Shown here piece by piece: positions 25,296-38,630 of a stretch of DNA of 64,000 nt (within the stretch, counting starts at the first letter, position 1; each line of letters begins with the position of its first letter). The stretch lies in assembly GCA_035084275.1 (NCBI GenBank), contig CM068757.1, positions 4,898,001 to 4,962,000 of the forward strand. The letters are read 5' to 3'. The notes under the pieces were generated by a model. The model did not search any database, was not told the DNA's origin, and saw only the letters and a program-made list of their open reading frames with translations. Source of the DNA: Hydrolagus colliei. Taxonomy: Eukaryota. The translations under genes and the position numbers were made by a program.

Positions 25296-25350
25296 ACTGG
25301 ATGTCCTCTCGACGTGAAAGGCGCTATATAAATGTAAGTTTTGTTTGTTT
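25296..25350 (+). mobile_element. L2 extreme 3' end; followed by a minus-strand SINE tail at ~25425-25500
   Basis: ggatgtcctctcgacgtgaaaggcgctatataaatgtaagttttgtttg. Confidence 0.8.
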
Positions 25351-26674
25351 GGATGAAAACTGACAAGGTCTACGCTGTCCACTTGAGCTCTATTCGTTTC
25401 TGTGCGAGTTTCCTGCGCATAATAAAAGAATAATAATGATAATTTTCCTTGCATTTGACAAAGTGCCTTACCACATTTTCGAGACCTCTCAAGGCACTTG
25501 AACACGGCTATCACAAACTAGGTACATTGTACATTCACCCAGGAGTGCAACCAGAAGAGCAGGACATGATGCCTTGAATATAGAAGAACATAGGAAAAGA
25601 GAGGACCATTCAGTCCATTCAACCATGCAGTGAGTGACCAATTTTATTTGGGGGCAATGTTGGCCCAGACACCACAAGAAACATTTTGGTTGAGCAAACT
25701 CACTATCAACTCACATGGTAAAATAAACTGAACACCGCAACCAGAGAGTAGGCGTTTGCCCATCCCCAATATATCAAACTGTGCTGCAGTCTCCTAATCA
25801 AATTCTTTCTATTCCTTAGCTGCAAACTCCACAGCTGTACTCACAGACATTTGGAGATGTTTTGTTATTGATCATGTAGCTTATTTGGTGATTGGAAAGT
25901 GTGAAATGCTCATTATTGTTAGTCCATTGTCATCTGATGCTAATTAACTAACAAAATCACATTTCTCACACTATGTATGTAGTTTGATTAACATTTTGCA
26001 ATGCACAACATGCCTGTTATCTCAAAACTCAAGGGTGTTGTACCCATTGCTATTTACAGTATTACTGGCGCACTAACATAGTGGAGGTGAAATTTGCACT
26101 TTTTAATAACTCATTTAATGTGATAAATATCATGGGTTGGCAAACTACATTAAGCCACATTAAGGAAAAACACTTTTCACTGGTATTATGTGTTGGAGAA
26201 GACTGTGCAAAAGTGTTTTAAGATGCTTTCCTGGTGGATGTGAAAGGCACTCTAAAAATCTGAATTATTCTTGTTGTATAATCAGGATTGCTGCAAATCT
26301 TTAAAACAAGATCCTCAGGCCTGCAGAGCATTGGCTCACAAATTATTCTGCACCACATGTGATTATGTAATCGCTAGCACTGCTACAAATGGTTTGGCCA
26401 GAAAGATTAGTTTACAAGAATGGCTATAATGTGGGTGAAACGTATTTCATGTATACGCTTTTTAAAATAATCAATTCACATTATATAGAACAAAATGGTT
26501 GAATTTTCCTTCTTAAAATTTGGTGTATTTATAAATAGCATATAGCCTTTTACAATTCCACGGAGCTGGAAGTAAGTTCGGTCAGGATTCTTTATGCTTG
26601 TGGAGAACAAAATAAAAGGTGGGGAGGGTGTGAGGGGAGCAGCTCAGGGATCTTGATTGAAGTGAACTTAGCAA

Positions 26675-26990
26675 GAATAATAACAATCTTTTTTTCAATA
26701 TAGTGCCTCAACAGGTGGTTGGGAAGTCTCAACATGCTTCACACAGTTCACAATGAATGCAGCAGCCAATTTGCAAACAACAACACAATTACATTTATAG
26801 AGCGCCTTTCACGTCGGGAGGACGTCCCAAGGCGCTGGAACAGCTAGATCTCACAAAAGCCATGAAGTGAGTACCCATTTCTATCTGGTCAGGACACTGG
26901 AAGAAATTCCCTTCTCTTTTGGAGTGCCATGGGATCTTAAACATCCACCTGAACAGGCAGACAAGGCCTCAGTTTCACATCTCATCCGAA
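26675..26990 (-). mobile_element. Older Deu-domain SINE with a nested L2 tail (~26779-26842)
   Basis: gcagccaatttgca | L2 tail | acagctagatctcacaaa...gtgccatgggatcttaaacatccacctgaacaggcagacaaggcctcagttt, matching the AmnSINE1/SacSINE1-like Deu core. Confidence 0.85.
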
Positions 26991-28947
26991 ATTACATAAT
27001 TTCACTGCAATCAGCAAGCAACTTCTGGAAGTTGCAAACGGCACTTTTAACCAAACAGTCTCCTTCCGCTCTCTCTTTTCCCCAACTGCCACTCCCCCCG
27101 CTCCTACACCACCCCCTTAAGATATATTAAAATCCTATAAAGTTTGCAAAACCATCTGCAAGTGTTTTGTTCTATCTAATATGATTCACACGTACTGAGT
27201 TTTGTCATTAGAACCTTGTAGGAATCGAAGTTGTTTTTTGCTCTCCACTTTTATTGCTTGAATATCTCTGCCCAAAGCTGATTGCAGTGGAATGTTAGTA
27301 ATTCCTAGAGGAACAGGGAGCTACATCAAGTGCTTTGTTGTGACAGACTTTGCGATGTTGATGCCCGGTTAACAGCCCTGTGTAAGTTTAAGGTGTTGAG
27401 GTTTCCCTTTTCCTCTCAACTATTATATCTTCAATGCAAATGATAATGAGACACTCTCTTTTCAATTTGGACATCTAAGGAGCCTCTGATACAGTGTAAT
27501 ACAAAGGGCTGCGTAGATGAGTATATAAACTGAACGTTGCGTTTACGATAGATATTCATACATTGACTAGAATTCTATTGAGCTGTTTGTACTTTATGTT
27601 AATGAGCGATCTGGCAGTTGTAAGGCTAATATCTGTTTAATGTTTTATATCTTTCTTTGTAGATACAAGCCAAGAAATTGATGCTAATGGCTCTGATTAT
27701 ACTCCCGACCTATTCTCTCCCCGGACTGCCAAACTCCAGGGCAGTCACAAGGCATAAGTGTTTATTGTGATTCAGGTGCCAAATTGCCATTGGAAATGAC
27801 TTGGATGAATTGCCAACATTTTCACTTGTAAAATCTGATTAGTTTGGGCTCACTGTGAATTGATGCCATTCAAAGGCCCATCTGCAGCTCTGTGGACTGA
27901 TCAGCCCTGGAAATTGATGAGTGCAATAAGGGATAAACAGATAGAATAGCTCAGGGATGGTATTTAGAATGTACAGTTCGGACATCCAAAAGCACAGTGC
28001 GGAAGCTTTACCCAGGCATGCACTGCCTTCCATTATTTAATTCCCACACGCCAGCGGGCACTGAGAAAGTGGAGAGTCAGTGGCAAGTTTGCTTATGATT
28101 CTAAAAGGACTTGGACGATTTGATGTAGGATCTTGCAGGTTCTGTGGAAAGAACACAAGCTTTTAAAGGTCAGTTAATGAAATAACCACTTTTCAAACTC
28201 TGAGCGGCATGTACATGTTGGGAATGATTTTTTAAAATTGCTTTAGATTCATAGAACACAGTTCAGAAAAAGCGATGTGATTGAATTTGATTATTTTCAC
28301 AATTTGGGTTTCCTCGTTGTTGTGTAATGTTATTTGCAATAGAAAAGAAAAGCGAATTTGATCTAAAAAATGATCAAATTCATTAGTAGGAAACCCAAGA
28401 GAAAAGCTCCAATTAGGGATTCTTCACTAACTAGATAAGAAAGTGGAGTCACAACTCCAAGACATATCTAAATTATATCTCAGTATTCAGGCCTCAGCAA
28501 GCACATTCATCAGCTCACATACTCATACGTTGCAGCAGAACTGAAGCATGTAACCCAATTGATCTTCTTACTCTTTACGTATCCCAATAATCAATCCTCC
28601 AATAAACCAGTTACCCACCCAACTTCTTTGAAATCACAAAGCTTTAACCAAAAACTTCACTCACCTTCTACGCAAAGCATGTTTCCTATTATATTCACAG
28701 CTATGGAGATATGATTAGACCAAGCAGTTCTACTCAACTGAACAAAAAATGAGTAGAGTGCAGTGATTACTGTGAAAATATGGGCTAAGCACTTAAACAA
28801 ATTTCATACCTTCGTAAACTTTACTCGTCCTATTTTCCGATTCACAGATGTAAAGCACTTGCAGTTTTGTAGTTTGCATCGCTGAGCATATAGCTTCACC
28901 ACTGGACTGTTAACACACCATATTCTAACACACACCAATGACAACAG

Positions 28948-28980
28948 CCCCCCCCCCCCCCCCCCCACCCCACCACCCAC
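28948..28980. repeat. Poly-C / C-rich tract
   Basis: A run of about 19 C followed by accccaccaccc. Confidence 0.9.
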
Positions 28981-31699
28981 ACCAGTAAATGAGGGCAGGC
29001 AGCCATCTCACAGCAGATTGAGCAAAACAGATGTGAACCTAATGAAAGCTGGCGGCCTCACAAAGCACGATTAGTATTATAGAAATATTTGTACGAAGGC
29101 AAAAGATGCAACATGTATGAGACAAAGATCATTGTTGTTCAGAACACAATCCTGTTCTTTATATTGCAAAGTACATTATGAAGCAACGAGGAAACAAACT
29201 GTGAAAAAGATCAAATTCATTCCTATCGCTTTTCGGAATGGTTGTAATCTATGAATCTAAAACAATCATTGTTTCAATTATGTTGGCGCACAGTCATGGA
29301 TATATTTAATGGGGCAAATGTTCTTGATGTGCACTTGTCCCATATATATTTCTATGTATCTTGTCACAGAAAACATACATTCTGGTACATGGCCGAGCGC
29401 AGGTGTAAATGGTTATCAAAGCTTTTGAAAGGGTTATTGTTGCACTTTTTGAGTCAGAAATACATCAGATTACTGGGTGAGGGGGAAGGGGGAAAGGGCA
29501 AAATATGATCTCACATTGCATAATACATGTAACAAAGCCATTTCCCTCCTAGGCTTTTAGAGACAGGACTTTAAAAAAAAAGTCTATCGACCCAAACAAC
29601 ACCAGATTGATTGGGGTCAGAAATATATGAATAAAGCATTAATCTGTGGCAATATGGCAGTCATGTGCTGCTACTAAGTGGTATAATGGATGGGATAGTG
29701 TCTGAGGCCAATGTACCCTCATTTAAAATAAAACTACAGTGGGATGGTTCATTTAGCATTGTGTTGTTACCTCTGAACACATCATTGTTCATTCCTGCAA
29801 GGCAGAAGAATAGATTCACAGTTTACACCCAAAGCAAGTACAAAGTATAACATGAACACAATTCTAAGTGCTGTGGTGATATTAACATCTCACTTACTCT
29901 ATCTTCCTCAATGTTGTGTGTGTGGTGTGTGTTTGTATGTGTGGGTGGGGGCTTGGGGAGGGGTGGGGTGGAAGATTGTCTCTATACCAATAAAGCAATT
30001 CTCAAACATTGTTCCGGTGTTACTTTTTCCAATCATATTTGGTATGTTATACACACTGTATGAGGTCCCCCCCCGCTCCCCCGAGATGTCTTCTCTCAAG
30101 ACTGAAGAGGAATCGAGAAGTCTCGATGATAACTTGGGCTGTCCTAAAATCTACCATGGAACCACTGAGCTTCATTTTATTACTTTGGCACTCAGCTTGC
30201 TTTCAGGCCAGACAATGTTTTGCCAGATAAAGGTATTATTAAAATTTGACCCGGAACACATGCCTAACATGAAGGAACCCCGAGTTGTGAGCCTCTAATT
30301 CTACTAAGAAACACGACTGCAAATGTGGAGCCCTTGGTGTAAATTTTGTCAAAAAGTCTAACCGTTACTTCGGCTCAATGCAATCAGAATGACAATGAAC
30401 ACTCGATTCTTCTGCTACCAACCTATGATAAAGACGAGCCCTCATGAACAATAAAAAGTCAAAAATGCTAATTATCATTGCTTAGCAACACACCTCTCCA
30501 GTAATTTAAAAATACAATATCTGCAACACCACTAACTAGGGGGACTCAGGGGTCAGACTTATTCTGCACTTGCTGCTAATGCTACAAATTAGCAGTGGGA
30601 ATGGTGTACATCATATGACAGGCTCTGAAAGTACTGGACTCTCCTTCAGTGGATACAAATAGATATCCCCATGGACTGAATAGGGTTGGCCTCAGACTGT
30701 TATGAAACAGTTTGGACAGTTGTGAAAACCAAACCAATTGGCAGTATATGTGGACAGGGAAAAATGCTGTTGGGATAGAGCAATCCGATCCTCAATTTTG
30801 TCTTTCAACAGATTGCATTGGAATTCAAGAATTGAAGATCTTTGAAGGAATGGGAGTTATCAATGCCACAGAGATTGCTGGTGCCATCAAAGAAACGAGG
30901 CAGAATATGCTGCTTGAGGTGCCAAATCCACTTTCAACCTCAGTCACAGGAGTAGCCTCCACTACATCAGGGAATAACTGAATTGCTCAAACAATAAAAT
31001 GAAGAGTTGCTTTTATGTTGTCAATATATACATAGAAAATCGACTCAGAACCTGCCAGTCAGGTTCCAGCATAAGCAGGAATGTATATTTTTCAGAAATC
31101 GTTCTGAAAAGAGAATTTCTGTCATTCGATCTACACGCAAACTTTGTGGGGCTGTGAACTCTCAACACTGGATGCAAATTAATTTGATTCAATGCCAAGA
31201 TTATTTTCTCTGAGGACTATAGCAATCAAGAACAATAGAAAATCATAAATATACAATACGATTTGGATCGAAAACTGGCACAGGAACAGAAAGGTTAACA
31301 CTTCATCCAGGATTGTTTCCACCGATTGTCCTCAGCACGATTTAAACTTACATCCCCAAATTAACCTTGTCAGGCTTTCAATGACACTGTCAAAAATTGA
31401 ACCACCAGTCTTAAGAACCTTCAACACATCAGTCAGGTGGTTATGCTGCACAGCTGTCTGATGGTAAAACCATTTCCTCTTCATGAACGTATCTTCAGAC
31501 ATGGAACTAGTTCAGGCTAGCGTCAGATCAACCCACAGATGGAAGCATCCAATTTGATTCCAAACAGACTCATTACTATACAAAAGATCAGAGGTATTCA
31601 AATAGGAAATTTCAATCCAAATAAGTTGGTGCAGAATTAATAAACATCCTTGCATTTAACCAAAATAAAATGTTGCATCAAATAATTACATTGTACACT

Positions 31700-31829
31700 G
31701 AGAACTCTAGCCTCTGAGTCAGGTTGTAACTCATGTCTTCTAGACGTCTCAAAGTGCTTCACAGAATATACTGTAAAGTGAGTTTACTGCATATACAGTA
31801 TGTGGGAGAAACGCAGCAGCCAATTGCAA
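31700..31829. mobile_element. SINE fragments: older head piece (+) joined to a subfamily B tail/core piece (-)
   Basis: gcctctgagtcaggttg then catgtcttctagacgtctcaaagtgcttcacagaatatactgtaaagtg...gcagccaattgc. Confidence 0.75.
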
Positions 31830-33159
31830 TTTATGTCACTTTCATTAGTTCACAAGTGTCTTTCACAAACGTTCTGATCAGGGAAATGTAGAAGTGCTGA
31901 TATTTTAAAAAGGATTGAAAGCAGATAAGAAAGCGACTGCTATTAAAACATTTGCCCTCTATTACAGTGACAGCAGGTTCGTAAATCTTTGTGACCCTTT
32001 TAATTATTCTGACTAACATTTTAAACAAGATGAAGTAATCATACAGTTCTAAGTTAACTCACATATCTAGGTCAGAAGAAGGACATGGGCCATAAATAAT
32101 GAGTAGCTACTTGCATTTTTCAACAGTGACATGCGAATGAAATTCACCAGTAATCTATAAATGATGTACCTCTATGTAACTTTCCCCGAGTTTCTTTGGT
32201 AACAATATTATCCTAACACTGACTTTGAAATTCTAAGCAGGAAAACTCCAGTACTGTACTAGGCATTTTATATTGATACTCTCAGCACACTGTTTGTTTG
32301 TTCCTGTGTAATGACGGTGGAGTTAAATGGAAAGGGGATAAGACGGAACACATATAGTATTTATATATTTTATATGTCATGGTGGTGGTCAAAGGCACTT
32401 GTGACAACAGAATAAAGTTTATGAATAAAAGTTCATACATCTGTTACATGGATATTGGGCAATTATTGGTCGAACTGCGGTTCAGTTCTCCCAATATAAT
32501 ATTCCAAGGAGAGAACATTTGTTGACCTATTATTTTACACAAATTGTCAACATATAGAAACTCCCATTCCTCATCTTAGAACTCAATTCATCCAAAAAGG
32601 CAGCTCTAAATTATGTTAGTTCTTTGTTACTTGATGCTATTAAGTGACAGAGATTGGCAAACATTTTCCAACAATTGCAAAGGATATTATTTTTGACACT
32701 CTCATTATTTCCCATTAACGACAAGACCTCGTTTAGAAAGACGTCATGGTTGGACTGTAAAGAGGATACAGAACGAGGAAAAGTATTAAGTTATAGCTGA
32801 AGCCAAATGATTGCTAATGAAATGGCTGCAGCGAATAATTTGAATGAAATATTGATTAAAATTGCAGACCTAGCTCTGAAAGTTCATGCTGTCCTGTAAT
32901 GAAAATAATTTAGGCAATTGGTGGAGGGTTCATTTCTAGGATATAAAAATAATGCAAAATTATTTGCTCTTTTCTTATGGAATGATTGGATATAAATTCA
33001 GTTTTATCTACATCCTAGAGCCAGTAGGTGGTTGAATTAAATTTCCACATATTCATAATGCTGTTTGAGAGGTAAGATGGAAAAATAGTTTACCATATTT
33101 TTTAATAAGTATGTTTTGCCAGTGCACATGTTAATCCAGTCATCTAGTTCCAGATATCC

Positions 33160-33221
33160 GGTGCCTTGGGACGTCCTCCCGACGTGAAAAGCGCTTTATA
33201 AATGTAATTTTGTTGTTGTTA
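33160..33221 (+). mobile_element. L2 extreme 3' end
   Basis: gtgccttgggacgtcctcccgacgtgaaaagcgctttataaatgtaattttgttgttgtt. Confidence 0.9.
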
Positions 33222-33979
33222 TCAATTATCCTAAAATAATTTCACTTCCTTGATTTTGCAACTAGCGCTGGTTGCATGTGTTGAATTGCCCAGAAATGGA
33301 AACAGCAGACAGACAGTATGATCTTCACCAGCGCCAATAAAGATCTGGTCTGAATTAGCCCACTCATATCAACAGCAGATTAAATACACAAGTAAACAGC
33401 CTGCTCCTCATTGGGACTTTGGGAATTGCAAAGCGCTCAGCTACTTTCAAAAAAATCCAATTAATTTTAAGATCAGTGTTATTAAAACAAACTATGCAAT
33501 GTCCATGTGTTTAAAATGAGTTATATTAATAATCTCATTAATCAATCATTTAATTAAATCCCATTAAACACTTAACTCAGACAGAGTATTCAGATTACAA
33601 TTAAAATCACAGCTTGATTTTATCACATTTTATATTATATGTAAAAGTTGGAATATTCAAGGTCAATTTCAATTATAATAAATACCTCTTCAATTGTAAA
33701 ATACTAAATAGCCTTTTTATCTTTTTTAAAACCTTTTTCGCTTTTCATGGTCCTAATTTTATTTCTCTCCGTGTTTCAAATCTTCTCCTTCGGTGACCTT
33801 TTCTCCTCCCAATCTTTGAGACTTCCCTTAAGATCATGCTCTTTCCAACTATTTGTCTGATTTCTCTTCCCCTTGTGCTTTCTCTGGCATGTCTTTCATT
33901 CTTCATTTTACAATTTCCAGTAGGTTTTAAGTAGTTGGATCTGTTCTCTAATCTTTCTTCACTCTCAATTGATATTTAG

Positions 33980-34045
33980 GTGTCAGCCAGGCTCAGTTGG
34001 TGGAACCCTTGCCTCTAAATTAGAAGTTGTAGCTTAATCCCCAAT
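33980..34045 (+). mobile_element. Head of older SINE
   Basis: gtgtcagccaggctcagttggtggaacccttgcctctaaattagaagttgt is similar to the head of the 46085-46512 element. Confidence 0.6.
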
Positions 34046-35089
34046 TCATAACTAAGGCAATCCACTTGGTGTGTGATAGCGATGAGCTCAGGAAACTGGA
34101 AAACATCTTAGAACAAGTTTTTAACTAAACTAAGTTATTCACAAGTAACTACATCAGAATAAATCATGTTGTAACATCCTAAATAAAATGTCTCTCAAGT
34201 ATAAACCATAACATGTACAGAATATATAGAAATAGGTTCATCAAAGAAGCTCAAAAGGCCCCAAATAGGCATCAATGCTTAACTGAAATTGCTCTGAGAC
34301 AGTGAGATTTAAAGAAACTAAATGTTATTGCTTAGTGAAAACTTGCTCACATGATGCAGAAATAAAATCGGATCTTAAAACAATTCAAAAGGCAAAAATA
34401 TTTATCAAACGAGCCTCAAGCTGAAATTTATTGTGGTTAATAGAATCTCTATTAAATATCTCGTCCCTGCTGTCAACCCCATATTTATGAAGTGCAAACT
34501 TTACTTTAAAATCGTTGATCCATTCGCCCAATTTTTACAAGGGGCAGGCTCACACATACTTTATGTTGGTTGCTAGGCAATGTTTTAAATCATTATAAAT
34601 CATGCTCCTGCATGACTAATTACTAGTCTGTTCCCCTGACCTAGTAATACCAACAATTTCACACAGATCATTCTTCTCTGCCTGGGGTTTGCTCTCTGTG
34701 GGGAAGACTGGTGATATCTTAAAGGCATTAAAGGAACTGCTACTGTGCTTTACTTGATTACTGCGAGATAGTGTCTAACTACAACCGCAGAATAATTTTG
34801 AGATATTCTAATATTACATCAATTGAAATCCCTGCCACATTATTATGTTTTTTGCCTGAAACAATGGCATTCGATTGGAACTTTAGCCACCAAACTGGAA
34901 CTTTGCATGAGACCATGCAATGAAATCTCAGAGAAAGAAAGAATATATGATATTTTACAATCTGAGAGATAGAACACGTATCTGCTGGACATAACCACAA
35001 CCGAATTGTCATAAAAACGCAACACGTGAACTATAATCCTGGTGCTCTTCTAACATGATTCCAACCTGCTCATAGCTATTTAGTCTAGA

Positions 35090-35200
35090 CACCCCACCCA
35101 CCCCGCTCGGGTCCCGACCTGACTGTTCAGCTCTTTGGGACGTCCTCCCGACGTGAAAAGCGCTTTACAAGTGCAATTTTGTTGTTGTTGTTGTTGTTGT
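35090..35200 (+). mobile_element. L2 3' UTR end
   Basis: ccccgctcgggtcccgacctgactgttcagc...gggacgtcctcccgacgtgaaaagcgct...(ttg)n; matches the reverse complement of 42170-42285. Confidence 0.9.
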
Positions 35201-36661
35201 AGTCGTCCAGCAGTGCATTGCAGCAAAGAATAAATGACTGAAGCCTGATGATCATTAAACAGTGCTGCTCACCACACAGTTAAAAACCCCTGTTTCTTTT
35301 GCAAGCCTTGCCATAAGGAACACAGTTCAGCACAGCCGTGTGGTTTGAGTTTTGCCGCCTGTAAATTTCTATAATTTAGTAGCGCTATGGCATTTTTTTT
35401 TCCATGATGGTCATGTGTATAGCACCGAGACAGTGCTCGTACGCCACCTAAGACATTATAGGACAGTATTTTAGTGCTAAAGACATAACGTTAATTGATT
35501 TTGTTTTTATGCTCTCTCACTCTCCTGCCAGTGACACACTAAAACTCTGCACTGGCATTTATTGGCGACACATCATCCTGCTAAATACATTTATGTCTTT
35601 TGTCACATTTACAGAATCCAGCCCAAATCTTACATTAATGATACGCTAATGGTATTGCAGCAACTAGCACTTGCGACTTCTACATATTTGGGAATTTACA
35701 GCAAACATTTCTAACACACTGAATCAGAACCCAGTAGTGAACAATTACAAACACACCCATACATGTGTTTGTATGATGTTACATTTCATAGATTTTAATT
35801 ACAAATTCTATTGTAGTAGATCTCTAGAAATTGAAGGTTCAAATTAAGTTATCAATTGTGTCACTCAAAGGTAATCTTTTAACTAGGCATCGTGTTATTT
35901 TTTTTTCCGGCCTCAAATCATAATTTAGGATTGGATTGGGAAATCCATGCAATAGAAGTGATCAGATTGAGTTCAGTTGGATTGAATTTTAAGAGGACCA
36001 TGTGTTTTTTTTCCATCAGAAATCTTGATAGAAATGACAGGGTTACAAAGAGACATAAGCTCCCTGCGTACAACATAGAATACATGACAGCATTTCCCAG
36101 GAGTAAGGTAGTTGAAGGATTAGTAGTACCTCAAAAGGTAGCAGGGAATTATACTATCTTCCCAGGTGACCATTTACCCAATTTGGGCATCCATTGACTA
36201 TAGAGAATATTTTACCAGGGAACTAATCTTACAAAGTTTTGAGCACCACTGCTCCTCTACTGCCCATTATACAATGATTCAAGATGAATACAAATTCCTG
36301 TTTTTTTTGCATGTAAAGTGTTTCTCCAAAAGTTAGTCCAACAAAGGCGATAAGTTATACAACAAATTAACAACTTTCGAGTCATGCGTTTACAAAGAAA
36401 ATCATTCAAGTGTAACTTTCTTCCTATTATTCATTCTGCAATCTGACTTCCTCATTGTCTAGAGAGATTAGTACAGAGAGAATTTTGTACAATCTCACAT
36501 TGGTGCTAATGACTTCACAGCAACGTAAAATTTAAATTTCTACATGATATAGTAATGATGAATTTTTCAACATATTTTACATTGAAATGTGGCTCTGTGC
36601 GGTGATTGAAAAGTACCAAGTGCAAATCAGCTGGAAGTCTTGTATTCCATCTTAAAGCGAG

Positions 36662-36887
36662 TTGTTCGAATCTGGAATGCATTGCCTGAAAAGGTGGTGG
36701 AGGCTGATTCGATAACAACTTTTAAAAGGGAATTAGATCTTTATTTAGGGAGAACGGGTCTATTAGGCTATGGGGAGCGGGCAGGGCAGTGGGATTGAAT
36801 CGCTCTTTTCAAAGAGCCGGCACAGACTAGATGGGCCGAATGGCCTCCTTTTGTGCCGTAAAATTCTATGATTCTATGATTCTATGA
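36662..36887 (+). mobile_element. Young CR1 3' end, same family as 15127-15610
   Basis: WNALPEKVVEADSITTFKRELDLYLGRTGLLGYGERAGQWD*, then 3' UTR and (attctatg)3. Confidence 0.95.
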
Positions 36888-38399
36888 AACCATGTTGGAA
36901 TATTAGATATTTTCAATAGAAGAGAACCCTATATACAATCGAGCAATTTGTGTTTTTACCCAATCACCTGCACATCACATTACAATTGTTACTTTGTCTT
37001 TGAGGCGTGCGTAAATCTCAGCAGAAAGTTATTTTTTTCATTTCCCTTTTTAGTTCGATCTTTTTGAACTACTGCTGCTTTCATTAACTCTGTCAGGGTC
37101 GAAGGAAACAAACTTCAGACAACATCAACATCGATTTGCACTTCCAGGTCAGGGTAGCATGTATCGCGAGCGATTCCATTACAATGTTGAAATAACCCAT
37201 ATTATTCCGAACCTCCAACAAGCACTCATTGCTGCATCAATAGTGATGCCTTGTCAAGATCAGCTGTCCTACAAAACGCAGTCACTACACAATGTGCAAT
37301 GCGAGGATTATTATTATTGTCATCATCATCATCATCATCATCCACAAGGCTTCTCTGAATAAGTATTCAATTTAGCACCAAATTGATAGTACTGTACAGT
37401 ATTAATATTCACCCCCTTAAGGAACTCAATTGGGAATACATTACTTGATTCTTTACGGAGAGCAATCTTACCTGATCCCAGAAATCCACTGTTGTTTTGT
37501 GTGTGAACCCAATGCACGCTGGAGAAGCTGCTGGAGAGTAAAATTATAACTATGTTAGAATCTTAAATTCCCAACCAAGCACAGCAATTATTTGGGGAAA
37601 ACAGAATTAATAATACATTGAAATATTTTAAAACTAGGAAGAAAAAAGCATTACATTTCCTCCACGGACATTTTCCCGATGTCTACTCTATTATTTAATA
37701 TGCAGAGACCTAGCTCACACATTGACATCACTGGCTTTACAGGGTTGTAAAACTGAAGCTGAAAAAAAGATTAGGTGAACAATTGAAAACTGCTGGATGC
37801 CTGCATGTTGACTAGCTACTATCATTTTGAGTGGGTGAAAATAATGTTGTCTCGTAACCAAATGGTAATGATTTGATAATGAAATTAGCATTGCTGGTAC
37901 AATAAGGCTTTTTAAAATTCTAATCCAATGTTATTGGATGTTCTTCTATTTCAGTGCTTGAAACTTATGAGCAATTTCTCTTGAATAATTTTCCCTTACT
38001 TTTATTTATGATAATAATAACAAGTCTTATTTATATTTGATGGTTTTGTCCCGTGGTGATTAATGAATCTAATATTCTCCAGCAGCATCTGTTTGTGATT
38101 TTGTATTATTGTGTAAAATTTGCTATTTCTGATTATGATTTACACCTGATGATTCATTTCCAAACTGACAGATCTTCTCCGAATTTATATTATTACACTT
38201 TGGATTGAAATTTTCTTTGTGTTGTATTAGGAACGGATGCGCTAATGAAACCAGCTGAGGAATCACATTGACTCTCAAGAATCAGTGAACTCGGGTCCAT
38301 GTGAAGATTTAAGAATGTGATAAAAAAAAAGAGGCAGAGAATCCATTTGTAAAGTGAGTACAGTATATCTGCCAGAAGCTGGAAGGCACAAGGTAGTCA

Positions 38400-38630
38400 C
38401 AAATGGAATAAGGAAAGGTTAGGGATAATGGATTCATGCAGAGGGTGGCCAGAATGTGGCCAGAGTCCGTAAATTCTTTAAAAGGGGAATGAAATACAGC
38501 GGATGCTTGATAAAGAATATTAAAATATATGGAGAAGCCAGCAGGAGAGTGGTATTATATGAGATCACATTCACTTGGAGAAAAACTCTTGAACAATGAA
38601 TTATTCATTTCTGTGCTGTTACATTCCAGG
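38400..38630 (+). mobile_element. Old CR1 3' fragment
   Basis: catgcagagggtggccagaatgtgg...tttaaaaggggaat...tatggagaag...gcaggagagtgg. Confidence 0.55.

Noticed and set aside
29852-30298. Longest ORF (148 aa)
   Set aside because: Runs through GT- and G-rich low-complexity sequence; no recognisable domain or exon boundaries.
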